NCBI RefSeq assembly: GCF_000400465.1
Contig: NW_008806284.1
Location: 20,001 to 82,000, forward strand
Source: Wallemia ichthyophaga EXF-994
Lineage: Eukaryota; Fungi; Basidiomycota
Length of the DNA stretch: 62,000 bases
Reading direction: 5' to 3'
Part shown: one piece after another, positions 34,139 through 46,574 of the stretch
How positions within the stretch are numbered: position 1 is the first letter of the stretch
How the letters are laid out: each line of letters begins with the position of its first letter
Notes under the pieces: model-generated
What the model saw: the letters and a program-made list of their open reading frames with translations, nothing else
What the model was told of the DNA's origin: nothing
Databases searched by the model: none
Translations under genes and position numbers: made by a program

Positions 34139-34710
34139 CTACTTCAACACAGTCTCAGACCTGCGTATTGCCAGAAATTGCTGGACAGACGACGGCTGGA
34201 GTGTCTTGATGACGTCATAAACCTGCATGCTATTATAACGCAGGCGTGTGCGAGGATCCGTGTATTCACCCAAAAGACCAGTGACATCGCAGTATTTGCC
34301 AGGTGGGAGAAGTGAAGGGGGACACTCAATAGTGAACCAATTTGTGAGATTCTCGGGAAGTGAAGAGAGTTGCTGAATCTCATCTTCAGTGGCCTGTACA
34401 AGGCCATTCTTAACATCCTCCAGTCGCTGTCTTCCCTCTTTGAGACCTTCTAACTGCTGCCTCTCGCGCTCCCTCTCGATGGCCATCACCTGCTTGAATA
34501 TCTTGTTACGCTTGGTGTTGCTCCAATTTGGATTCTTGAATGGCCGCGGCGATTCGTAGAAATTGTAATAATCCACCACTTTGTCGGGTGGTTGGGGGGT
34601 GGACGATGTGGACGCAGACGCGGATGATTGGCGTGGTTTCTTGCGTGGTGGCCTAGAGCGTATTATTGTAAGCTATTTCATTGGCTATAATTATGGTTTT
34701 GTAAATACAT
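34139..34710 (-). CDS. IES6: INO80 complex subunit Ies6 (YL1-C domain); start codon split by intron 34708-34653
   Basis: RPFKNPNW...KIFKQV...WFTIECPPSLLPPGKYCDVTGLLGEYTDPRTRLRY. Confidence 0.88.
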
Positions 34711-34760
34711 TTTATCCTTCTATCCTTCTATCGCGGCGACGGTGACAAAGAAGGAAGAAT

Positions 34761-35280
34761 ATGTGGTGGGTGCCTAATATCAATTAAATCTCACCTCACA
34801 CTCCACACCTAAGCAAACACGTCCTCAACGCACAAGCAGCAATACGCTCTCCATGCTGCAGAAAGTGGTTCGATGTGAGCAGCTTCTATGGTACAATACA
34901 ACTAACTCAAATCACATTAAAGTGCCCAGAATGCCATGAAGAAAAGGAAGACCATCCCCTCGCTAAATCCATTGAATTGTCCTTCATGTGCAAGAAATGC
35001 AAGCGCGCATTTAGGAAGGATATGACTGTATTTGAAGAGAGCGATGAGTATTGCCCTCACTGTGATAATCATTTTGTAGGTGTTCTTAGGATTACTTGTA
35101 GTAACCCTCACTCATCCCTCACACTAGGTCATCGACGCTAAAACACCAGAAGCTGCACTGATGGTCGAAGGTGAAGATGCACGCGTCGATAACAGGATCA
35201 TCAAAGACGAGAGAGCCAAGATCGATCCAGAGAGGACTATCAACGCCCGCAATGCTGAGTTGAGTGATAGAGTTGGATAG
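34761..35280 (+). CDS. Small CHY-type zinc-finger protein, 4 exons
   Basis: Spliced MC|KHVLNAQAAIRSPCCRKWFD|CPECH...FMCKKCKRAFRKD...EYCPHCDNHFV|IDAKTP. Confidence 0.88.
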
Positions 35281-35351
35281 TTTGTCGTGTCGTATATCTT
35301 TGGATATTTGTAAATTGTATTATGTATACTCATTCTGCCTCTTTACTCATT

Positions 35352-36293
35352 CTAGTTTATCTCTATAATCATTTGTTTGTCTTCTCCTTGATCTTGTTTG
35401 GATATGTTTGAGTCGCTCGAGTCACTCGAATCGCTCGAATCGCTAGACACACTACTTGTATCACTATCACTATCACTGTCACTGATACTTTCATCAAACT
35501 TCATCACCTCCTTCGTCCTCCACCGCGTCTCTAGCGGCACATCCGACACCATGAGCACTGCAAAATCTATCACTACCGTGCCCCTCAAAGCCTCTATAAT
35601 CTCTTCATCTAGCTGCGTTCGTACATTCTGCCCGTCCTGGCTCTTTATGTAGAAATGGAGAGTGTGGAGGCGATGTTGATCGATATAGCCCGCCTTTTGC
35701 GTGAGGATGTATTCCACACTCATACACTGGGGTATTCCATGCACGACCACCTTCTCACTTTCCTTCTCCTTTACATTCTCACCCAAACTCACCAGACTCA
35801 CCACCTCCACACTCAAATTGAGCTGAGCAGACCGGGCATCCCAGTGCGTGCGATCCCGTCGCCGTCTCTCCATACCGAGCGGACTAAGGAGGAGTTCGAT
35901 GCCCTCGTTTGCGAAGGAGGACTGCATTCTGAGTGCTTTGGCGTGTGGGTGGTGTGGGTGGTGCTGGTGCTGGTTATGAGGATGATGATGTTGTTGCTGC
36001 TGCCCATGAGCCACATGAACCCCTGCTGGTGCCTTTTTCCCTGCCTCCTCCACTTCCCGCTTCGCCTCCTCTAGCAGGGCATAGTCATTTACCAAATCCA
36101 TATGCTTGTAGTCCTTCATCGCTATATATGCCGTCTTGTCCCGCTCTCCGCTGCATCCACGCTCTTCTTTGTGCCTGCGACTGCACGCGAGTGAACAGCT
36201 GCGTAACGTGCATCGCGGACACTTGTATTTCGACACTGCCCCGCATAGCTCACACAAGCTCGTTTGGGAGAAGATGTTGTCTATTTCTGCCAT
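35352..36293 (-). CDS. BCD1: Box C/D snoRNP assembly factor Bcd1/ZNHIT6 (zf-HIT)
   Basis: CELCGAVSKYKCPRCTLRSCSLACSRRHKEERGCSGERDKTAYI...DLVNDYALLE...PLGMERRRRDRTHWD. ATG at 36293; the ORF track starts at TTG. Confidence 0.88.
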   Translation of the reverse strand: MAEIDNIFSQTSLCELCGAVSKYKCPRCTLRSCSLACSRRHKEERGCSGERDKTAYIAMKDYKHMDLVNDYALLEEAKREVEEAGKKAPAGVHVAHGQQQQHHHPHNQHQHHPHHPHAKALRMQSSFANEGIELLLSPLGMERRRRDRTHWDARSAQLNLSVEVVSLVSLGENVKEKESEKVVVHGIPQCMSVEYILTQKAGYIDQHRLHTLHFYIKSQDGQNVRTQLDEEIIEALRGTVVIDFAVLMVSDVPLETRWRTKEVMKFDESISDSDSDSDTSSVSSDSSDSSDSSDSNISKQDQGEDKQMIIEIN

Positions 36294-36899
36294 TGTTCGA
36301 TTGTGATGGTGGTGCACCAAGAAGATTACATCACTCTGATAAGATTAAAGTGGAGAGTGTCTTCATGGTGTATATATGTACGATCGTTCACTCAAAAAAA
36401 ACACATTTACTCTAAGATCGAAAATTTTTGCATGATTTCACAATATACTTAAGCCAAACAAGTCAACGGGTTGCCAGAATCGATAGTATACTCGAAGATA
36501 TCAGCATAAGTCCCACAGCTGTCCTCCACCCTTACCGACATCCACTAACATAAACATAAACTTCAAAAAGTGCATCAAGAAGAAATACATACCGAGGATG
36601 AAGGCTGCTGAATGTTTGAGCATGGAAACCTAATTCAACATTTTGCCGTTTATGACATCAATTGCGTCACGGCAAAGCTAGTATCCAGTGAAATAAATCT
36701 TCCACATAGCGCAGTCTGGATTACACCAGAGTTATTCGCCACCAGTCTAATAAGAAATTGCAATTCACTGACTTGCTCAACCATCTTATATGCTAAAGAG
36801 TGCACCAGTATTTAAAGCTTTCAGCCAAATTTCGCTGATTTGAGATCGGGAAGATAAAATACATTGATATACAAATAAAATACACATGGTAGAACCTTT

Positions 36900-38027
<1,128 letters not shown>

Positions 38028-38284
38028 TTCTCCCATTATATTTACCATCGCATCTATTCCTGTATTAGTAGTCTAGCATACAAATAACTTTATATTGATC
38101 ATCTTCCGACCCGTTAGAACTGCTTAAACATTTTCCGCTTTAACCGCGCGCGTAGCACCGAGGAACGGTAATGAATGTTTATTGTATATATCTAACTTGA
38201 TAGGTAAACAACGCACATTCCAATTTAATAATTTCTGCAGGTTTATTTGATTATTCTATCTCTTCTTGCGGTGTTCCGATCGCG

Positions 38285-39517
38285 ATGCCGCTCCAAAAGT
38301 CGTCGCTCACAATAGACCTGCCCAACACGCACAATGTAATAGTACTCAAAGAGCCAGCGTTCCTTTCCAGCAGTCGCGTGCCCAACTACAGTTCGCAGGA
38401 GGTGTATGAGCTGCGCGGTACGCTTGAGCTCTTTCTGCCTGCGCGGCGGCGCATACGAAGCATACAAGTAAAGCTGCAGAATGTCGAAGAGGCAGTAGTC
38501 CACGGTCGCATGAGTCGGCGGTTAGTCCTTGACGAGACGCTCGAAGTGAGCGTGGACGAGGAGGGGCTAGATCGCGGCGTGCATATATACGAGTTCAACC
38601 TTCGCATAGACAGCCGCACGCCCAACTACGACAGACATCCACGCGGCGGGACGATGCAATACCTCGAAGCGACGGTACAGTTTCACGAGCTGTTTTCGCG
38701 CGCCCTCACACGGCGGATCCCACTCATATTCGTCTCACACCCGAATGGGGAGGGCTTCATACCACTCGATCACGTTCACCGTGACTACGTTGATGATCTG
38801 GGACCACTAGAGGTCAGCTTCAAGACGCAGCATCTCACCATTGCTGGGTATATAATGGTCGAGATGTATCTGCCTAGTCCAGCGCCCGCGCTCGAGATTA
38901 AAGGGCTGAGTGTGACCCTGGAGCAGCACACGAGCATTCATGATAACGGTCACCTCGTTGAGACGTTGCCTGTCGATACACACACGTTGCTGGAAAAGGG
39001 CGGGCGGGAGGACTGCTTAATGCGCGCACCCAACCACAGCGCTGCTATTAGATGCTTCTACTACGTCAAACTCCCCACAGACGATTACTGCAGACCATCT
39101 ACACTTGAATGGTCGATGGCCCGGCTGCGCCATCAACATTTCATTAAATTCGATTTGCTCTACAAGAAGGAAAAGCTGCGGTGCGCGAGTGTTAACGTAC
39201 CAGTCATCTTACCACAGTGCCTTCTCTCGGTCGACAGTGTCACCCTGCCCACTTATAGCGACGCCGGCTATCCAGTCCCTTCAAAACGCCTCTGGGATCA
39301 GCCCCTGCCCCAATACTACAACAACTGCAGCTGTGGTAAAGACTCACTTACCCTCAAAGCAGACGCCGAGGGAGTGCAGAATCTTGATAAATTCACCCCA
39401 AAGAAACAGGGCATCTGGCTCACCGATCTGAGACACAAAGAGGAAAGCATATCGTCGAGAGATTCGTATGAGGAGATACGCGCAGCGAAGCGTGTGAATG
39501 AGTATGTAGTGGAGTAA
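38285..39517 (+). CDS. Arrestin-fold (alpha-arrestin-like) adaptor
   Basis: ELRGTLELFLP..RIRSIQVKL, GVHIYEFNLRI, MQYLEATV, PLEVSF...LTIAG, and a C-terminal LPTY (PY-like) motif. Confidence 0.75.
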   Translation: MPLQKSSLTIDLPNTHNVIVLKEPAFLSSSRVPNYSSQEVYELRGTLELFLPARRRIRSIQVKLQNVEEAVVHGRMSRRLVLDETLEVSVDEEGLDRGVHIYEFNLRIDSRTPNYDRHPRGGTMQYLEATVQFHELFSRALTRRIPLIFVSHPNGEGFIPLDHVHRDYVDDLGPLEVSFKTQHLTIAGYIMVEMYLPSPAPALEIKGLSVTLEQHTSIHDNGHLVETLPVDTHTLLEKGGREDCLMRAPNHSAAIRCFYYVKLPTDDYCRPSTLEWSMARLRHQHFIKFDLLYKKEKLRCASVNVPVILPQCLLSVDSVTLPTYSDAGYPVPSKRLWDQPLPQYYNNCSCGKDSLTLKADAEGVQNLDKFTPKKQGIWLTDLRHKEESISSRDSYEEIRAAKRVNEYVVE

Positions 39518-39694
39518 CAAGTGATCAAGTGATCAACTAATTCAAGGATTTTGTAATTTTTCAACAAAGGATGTATTACTATTTTACAGTTTTTACAGTG
39601 ATTCCGGTGTGTGCTTTGTGTGCAGTGAGTACGCTAGTATGCCAATGAGCCAATGTAATTGTATACTTTACTTTCCTGCGCGCATCCACTCTGC

Positions 39695-40680
39695 TCACAA
39701 CAGCGTCTCACCCAAAGCGGATCTAACGAGCGAGCATCCGACGCTCACAGTCTGCTTTACAGCGCGCTCATCTTCGAGTGTCGGGTTTACTTCCATAAGG
39801 TCAACAGCGACAAGAAGACCAGTCTGATGCAACGCCTCGCAAATATAATGCCCCTCTCTGAAAGTAAGACCACCACGAACCGGTGTACCTGTGCTTGGAG
39901 CCACCGACGGATCCATTGCGTCAACATCGAAGCTTAAATGTACCGGTCTGGTTCCATCAGGATTGACGTCGTTGAGTGCCATTTCGACTACCCTGCCAAT
40001 TCCCCATTTGTCTACATGGTGCATTGAGTACGCGGTGATATTGTGTTCTTTCAGCAGACGCTTTTCGCCATCATCCACATCGCGTAGACCTATATACACG
40101 AGACGTGAAGGGTGCAGCTGCGACTTGATCCAGCTGAATTCGGGTATATCTCCGGCAATGCCGAGCAAGAAAGATAGCTGATAAGTAAGTGGGTTAGTTG
40201 AGACGTCGCACGCATTCCGCACTTATCACTCACTGGACAACCATGCAAATTACCCGTTTCTGTTGTCTCGGGTGTATTCAAGTCGGCATGAGCATCCACC
40301 CACACAACACACAGTTCTGGATGAGCGCTTAAGCTGCCCGAAATGGTCCCCATGGCTAGGCTGTGGTCCCCACCCAGTGTCACAGGAAGCTTGCCTGCTT
40401 GGGCGTGTTTCTTTACCTCCTGGTACACTTTCTCAGTAGCCGCGCTGACTGTTCGTGGATACTTGAGCTTGCCGATGTCCGTATCATTCTCGAGCACGCT
40501 AAATCCGCTATGATCCTCTATGGCGTCGACTGATAGTCCGAGTGTCTCCACCTGCTGCGCGAGGCCGTGCTTTATCAACTGCACAGGCCCAGTCTCCGTG
40601 CCACGCTTAGGCTGTCCGTGACTAAATGGCGCATTAACGAATGCTACTTGTGGTTTTACGAATTTAAAAGGAGTGGACAT
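39695..40680 (-). CDS. CAR1: Arginase, 2 exons
   Basis: GQPKRG, LGGDHSLAMGT, WVDAHADLNTP, GNLHGCPV, YIGLRDVD, SFDVDAMDP, TGTPVRGGLTFRE, DLMEVNP. Confidence 0.96.
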
Positions 40681-40764
40681 GGCGGTTAGTGATGAACAGG
40701 CGTATCGCGTGTTATCAATGATAAAATAAATTAAAAGTACAAAAGAAGAGCGAGACTAATCAAA

Positions 40765-43546
40765 TCACTCCTCTTCATCATGCTGGTCATCACGCTTGAA
40801 CAGATCGAGCATCTCATTCAATCCAAGCTTGTTAGACACCGCCTTGCCGCTGAGTGCTGCCTCGGCCAGTTCGCGCTTTTTCTTTTGAAGCTCGAGTATA
40901 CGATCTTCTACAGTCTGCACCACCGTTAATTTGTATATATGCACTTCGCGTTTCTGTCCGAGACGGTGGGCTCTGTCGAAAGCTTGGTCTTCGAGCGCAG
41001 GATTCCACCACATGTCAGACAAAATGACGCGCGAACATATATTCAGATTAAGCCCTGTCGATCCGGCTTTGAAGGATATCAGTATGACTGATGGTGTGTT
41101 AGAGAATCAACTTTTGCACTCAAGCATAAGCGTAAGCATATGCCCTAGCATTGGCACTCCCACCTGTTGTCTTATCATCCGACTTTATCTGATTAAGCAC
41201 AGCCTCGCGTTCGATTGGATTCATAGATCCATCGTATCTTACGTACTTGTAGCCAGCTGCTTTGACGAAGCTTTCAATGATATCGAGGAATGTGACGAAT
41301 TGTGAGAATATGATGGTTTTCTCTGGGGTATTCGTGATTTTGTGGCTGCTATTTTTGTCCTTGTGATTCTTGTGATTCTTTTGATCCTTATGACCGCTCT
41401 TGTTGTCCTTCTTTTCAGTGTCCTTTCTCAATTTCGCTTCCTTCCTTTCCTGCTCCCGATCGTCATCACTTTCACTGAGCACAATCTGCTGACTCTTTTT
41501 CTTCAGGATTGATTTCTTGCTTTTACTCTTCTCGCTTTTCTCGTTCTTCTCAACGCGCTTTCTGTCATCGTCATCCGCCTTTTTTATGTCCATCGACGCT
41601 GTACGCTTGATAATTGTGTCAAGATCGTCATTTTCGCTGCTACTGATATCTATAGCTTTAGACGGGAGGCCAGCCGGATCGAGGCGCGTTTGAGGGGTGT
41701 GTGGAGTGTACGAATCTGTCTGTGTCTGTGTCTTCTGTTGTGATCGCCCTTTGGTGTTTGGTTTAATAGCAGTGCTAGTAGAAGCTGCAGCAACATCAGT
41801 AGCGCTATGCACCTCTTCCAAAATACGCATAATAGCTCTAATCTTTGCACTCTCCACCAACCCCGTCGCATCACCCGACTTATCAACTCCACTACTCCCT
41901 ACTACCTTCGCTTTTCCCTTGTCGATCTGTAGATCCTCATCGACATGCTTCTTCTCACCTACACCTAACCCAGTGAAAAGATCCGCGAGCTCATCCGCCT
42001 CTTTCTCATCCTCCTCTTCCTCCACTTTACCTGGCTGTTGTGACCGCATAGCCGGTTCGTTAGCGACAAAGTCATCCTTGCTGTAAGCGCGCGTGACGAG
42101 ATGTGGATGACAGCAAGCCTGTCTCAAACGGAGCAACAGAGTTAAGACGCTAGTGTACCTGCTATTAATAGCGCCCTCTGTCACGAACTTGCTGATAGTT
42201 TGCTGAGCGCGATCGTGAACGTTATCGTAGAATCTGCGCTCCTCCTCATCGAACAAGCACGCAACATCCGTAACATGCTTCGGGGGTAGTGTGATAAGCG
42301 CCGATCCGTCCTCATTCAAGGTGTTCTTTGTACGTCGCAGCATAACCAATTTGAGAATCAGCTGTAAACGCGCTATCGCCACTTTGACACGGCCACTTTT
42401 CATAGGCGTGCTAATGCGCGTCTTGAACTCGTCATAATGACGAAAAGGCTCTATGCGCAGGAAACGTAGCAACGCATAGAGCTCGTCGACGTTGTTCTGG
42501 ATGGGCGTACCCGTCAGACACCATCTGTAGCATGCAGATAGCCCCGCACATGCTATGCTCGTCTTACTCGTCCGGTTCTTGATGTTCTGTGCTTCGTCGA
42601 GCACAACGCGTTGGAAATTGCCCTCAAAAAGGGCGCAAAGAGGCTTCTTCTGCTTGCCAGTTTTACCCGTTTTGCTTTTGGTACCGCTACTGCTCTTACT
42701 TTTGCTGCCACCTGGCTCCTCACTCTCGTACACGCGGTGCTCAGATGACACCGTCTGGTAGCTCGTTACGACGACATCGTAATTGGCAAAGGCAGCAGCG
42801 TCGCGCGTGCGTGCTGCGCCGTGGTGTGTGAGTACGCGCACGCCGTCGCACTTACTTTTGGCCTCCGTCTCCCACTGCGCCACCACAGCTAGAGGTGCTA
42901 CGATGAGGGTAGTTTTGGACCACTCACGTACAACTTGCTTATCAGAGCTATTGGAGAGGATGAGTGCGAGAGTCTGGACAGTTTTCCCAAGTCCCATCTT
43001 AACGCTGTCAGAGTGAGCGAGTTGGATGTAAAACGCGCAACTCACATCATCAGCTAGAATACCGCCATGCTTATTAGATACGCCACTCTCGCGGTCGCGC
43101 ATCCAAGCTACACCGGCTATCTGGTGCTGGAGAAGGGTGATGTCGGGCATTCCAGGGATAGTTGCGGTGGATGGGAGATCAACATCGTCGTAATCAGCAG
43201 TCACGCCTGAAATGAGCTCGTTGAGGTGTTTGTTCGCCTCGCTGGAAGTCGTCGCCGTCGTCGTGTCTGAGGATGACGGCGTATCTTCTCGCGGGAGCGG
43301 CGTGACTGGGGGCAAGGAAACACTTGCTAGTGGGGGTGGCGATACCTGGTGGACTGCTACACGTGATGCCAATGGTTGTGGCGGGCGGGCGTAAAGGTTC
43401 TTGGATACAGGCGCTGCCCAGCCATTAGGTGCACGCTGTGGTATGCCGTATGTAGGTGGTGGTAGACCTGCTGGACGTGTACTCTGTGTACCTTGTGTGT
43501 TGTGTGTTTTGTGTGCACCGCGTGCGCCCTGGTTACCAGTATACAT
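40765..43546 (-). CDS. SNF2-family DNA translocase of the Rad5/Rad16/Uls1-like group, 3 exons
   Basis: GGILADD|MGLGKT, TLIVAP, VVLDEAQNIKN, WCLTGTPIQN, MLRRTK, LRLRQACCHP, IIFSQF, SFKAGSTGLN, DMWWNPALEDQAFDRAHRLGQ. The in-frame 48-nt intron 43045-42998 is retained in the ORF track. Confidence 0.9.
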
Positions 43547-43653
43547 GACAGTATCTACTTAAAGACAAAGACACTACCCTGAAAACAAAGCAAATGTGAA
43601 ATAAATTTGTATCAACACGCTCATGACATTCAGATTCATACAAAAAGTATAGC

Positions 43654-44464
43654 TTAAGCCTCGCGAGTTTGTTGAGTACCACGTAACAAACCGGTACGTC
43701 TGGCAGCAATAAGACCAGCCTTTTGACCAGAAGGAGCATCTCTGGCGATGGTAGAGGCGTGACCAATGTGTTGGTGGTTACCACCACCGTGAGGGTGGTC
43801 TACTGGGTTCATGGCAACACCACGAGTACGTGGCCAGCAGTTTCTCTTGACCTTGAACTTGTGGTGAGCGGCACCAGCCTTGAGGAGAGGCTTGTCAATA
43901 CGACCACCACCAGCGACAATACCAATTGAAGCTCTGGATGAACCGACGACAGCCTTCTTAGCACCGGATGGAAGACGGATTCTAGTCTTACCGTCGACCT
44001 CAGAGTGACCGATGATGGTGGCGTAGTTGCCTGAAGCTCTAGCCAATGCACCTCTGTCACCAGACTTCTCCTCAATGTTGCAGATGATGGTACCTTCTGG
44101 CATTTGGGAGACAGGCAAAACGTTACCGACGGCGAGAGCAGCCTTCTTACCGCAGTAGACGAAAGCACCGGTGTAGAGACCTTCGGTAGCGATGAAGGTC
44201 TCGGTACGGAGCTTGTAGCGGTATTGGTCACGGAAAACGACACGAGCCAAAGGAGCACCACGGCCAGCGTCGTGGATGATCTCCTTGACTATACCACGGA
44301 TGTAGCCGTTACGCTCAGCATAGTCGTAAGTACGGAGCTGGGCTGGGGCCTTGTTGTGGTGGGTGTGAGACTGGAAAATACCACCGTTTTTACGCTGCGA
44401 TCTGATGACTCTACCCCTGTTTAAATTGTGAGAATATGTTAGGGCGCCTGAATAAATTTTACAT
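43654..44464 (-). CDS. RPL2: 60S ribosomal protein L2 (uL2); start codon split by intron 44462-44417
   Basis: AT|[10 protein letters not shown]..., [36 protein letters not shown]. Confidence 0.97.
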
Positions 44465-44522
44465 TTCGTCGACGCTGTGGCTTGAAGCTAAGAGAGAAGG
44501 ATTTTTTAGAGAAGGATAAAAA

Positions 44523-44533
44523 CTGAAAAAATT
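44523..44533. promoter_or_regulatory. RRPE-like element CTGAAAAAATT, 59 bp upstream of the RPL2 start
   Basis: Same 11-mer, orientation and distance as upstream of RPL11. Confidence 0.5.
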
Positions 44534-44627
44534 GAAGGTAAAAAGAGTGAATGGAGAGAGATATAAAAATGAATACAGATACCCATAATAGCCAGCTAAT
44601 TGAGTTGAATATGCGTGTGCGTCATGG

Positions 44628-45225
44628 TTAGTATGGCGTAATCACACCGTTAGAGCTGTTGTGGATATGTGAGTGGTTGTACACTACCAGCACTCCCACC
44701 CACCCTCTCATTGGACCTTGTTCAAATTGAATATTGATTTCTTCAACCAATGGCAATTTATTTGGTGATCTTGCGTAGAGAACGATATTCCCGTCGTTGC
44801 TATGGTATTAGTAGGTGGCTGATTGGAATAAATAGTACTCCCGCGCACCTCATCGTTGGCTGCTGCGTTGAAACTAGATTAGCTTCCTCAATCCCAGGAA
44901 GACGTGGTTTGGCGCCTGTCTGACGACGATGACGCGAGATTGTAAGTGGGTTGCTTTGGACGTATCAATTGAGTTTCATCTCTTCCAATTGCCTCCCATC
45001 TCCGCCCATCAACCCAGAAATGGCGATATCAAGAGATGGAAATGAAGCACTTACACGTCGTAGTTGAGTGAATGCGTTGAGGGCGTTGCGGGCATAGAGT
45101 TTAAACCACTCGTGGTAATATGTGCAGCTGCTGCGATTGCTGGAGGTGTGTCAAGTGGTGTGATGTGAGATGTGTGTGTGTGAGTGTTATCAGTACCCAC
45201 CGATAAAGGGGATCAAGGAGAACAT
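44628..45225 (-). CDS. Five-exon gene for a 112-aa small secreted protein or peptide precursor (absent from the ORF track)
   Basis: Exons 45225-45201, 45139-45055, 44953-44849, 44799-44704 and 44655-44628; four GT-AG introns (61, 101, 49, 48 nt), all phase-consistent. Protein MFSLIPFIAIAAAAH...SRHRRQ...SNDGNIVLY...SNGVITPY*. Confidence 0.75.
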
Positions 45226-45307
45226 CGATGTAGCTGATAAAGAAGGAATTTAAATAAAGAAATCAATTTATCAACTTTACATAGACGACGGGGGTGTCTA
45301 GATTGAG

Positions 45308-46498
45308 ATGCTCACAACCATGACGGGGGATCTCAATAGGATCTACAATACGCATAAATCTAAATCAAATGAGAATAAACTCAATAAATACAAAATACTT
45401 GGTTTCTTGTCCTCCGGGACTTACGGGAAGGTGTTCAAGGCAGAGGCTGTAGATGACGCTAATAAGGTCTACGCGATTAAAAAGTTTAAACCTGATAATC
45501 AGTTGTTCATGGGAATATCTCAGTCTGCTATTCGAGAAATCAGCTTGAATAGCGAGATTAACAGCGAAAATTTGGCAAAGTTAGTCGAAGTGCTGCTCAT
45601 GGATGGAGCTATCTACATGATATTCGAATACGCAGAGCATGATTTACTACAAATCATTTATCATCACTCTCAAATTGTTAGAAATGATATTGATCCACTC
45701 GTACTGAAATCATTCCTTTACCAGCTAACAAATGGTGTACACTACTTGCACTCAAACTTTATCATCCACAGAGACCTCAAGCCTGCCAATATCCTCGTCA
45801 CAAACACTGGGGTTGTTAAGGTTGGTGATTTGGGTTTAGCTAGGGTGTTTAAGGCTCCCCTACAGCCACTCTACAACGGCGACAAAGTCGTTGTTACTAT
45901 TTGGTACAGATCCCCCGAGCTTCTCCTAGGCACACGTCACTATACGCCTGCCATTGATATTTGGGCTATTGGCTGCATATACGCTGAAATGCTATCTTTA
46001 CGTCCATTATTCAAAGGTGATGAAGTCAGGCTGGATAACAAGAAATTGCCCTTCCAATCGCATCAAATGATCTGCATTATGGACTTGCTAGGTTTCCCAA
46101 ACACGACTAGATACCCAGACATAAAAAACCTGCCTGACTACAACGAGTTGATGCAATTCAATCCCCAACAATTCTCCTATAAACTCAATCACTGGTTTGC
46201 ACAGCGATCCAACTCACTCCAAGGATTCGATCTGCTTGATAAGATGTTACAGTATGACCCGACACAGCGACTGAGCGCCAAAGACGCGCTCAACCATCCA
46301 TTCTTCACCACCGAACAACCCCAACCTCTTTCAGCCCCACTTGCAACACACAGCGAGAATATCTACCCAACGCGGCGCGTCACACACGACGGCGAGCTCG
46401 ATGGGCTTAGTAGCCAGCACAGTGGTGTCTCGGGCGCAGGCGCAGGAGGTGGAAGTGCGCAGAGTGGTCCATCACGCAAGCGAAGTCGGTTAGTGTAA
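45308..46498 (+). CDS. SSN3: Mediator kinase CDK8/Srb10
   Basis: GTYGKVFKA, YAIKKFK, GISQSAIREISL, FEYAEHDLLQII, HRDLKPANIL, GDLGLAR, LYNGDKVVVTIWYRSPELLLG. Confidence 0.95.
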   Translation: MLTTMTGDLNRIYNTHKSKSNENKLNKYKILGFLSSGTYGKVFKAEAVDDANKVYAIKKFKPDNQLFMGISQSAIREISLNSEINSENLAKLVEVLLMDGAIYMIFEYAEHDLLQIIYHHSQIVRNDIDPLVLKSFLYQLTNGVHYLHSNFIIHRDLKPANILVTNTGVVKVGDLGLARVFKAPLQPLYNGDKVVVTIWYRSPELLLGTRHYTPAIDIWAIGCIYAEMLSLRPLFKGDEVRLDNKKLPFQSHQMICIMDLLGFPNTTRYPDIKNLPDYNELMQFNPQQFSYKLNHWFAQRSNSLQGFDLLDKMLQYDPTQRLSAKDALNHPFFTTEQPQPLSAPLATHSENIYPTRRVTHDGELDGLSSQHSGVSGAGAGGGSAQSGPSRKRSRLV

Positions 46499-46574
46499 TA
46501 AAGTGTATTTTAATATGACCACATGATATATCTTGATCTTCACCACCACCACACGCTGCACACAACTCAAACGC

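Noticed and set aside
36420-36850. Possible small gene between BCD1 and H3
   Set aside because: Only 45-67 codon ORFs without motifs; compatible with the H3 3' UTR plus the BCD1 promoter.
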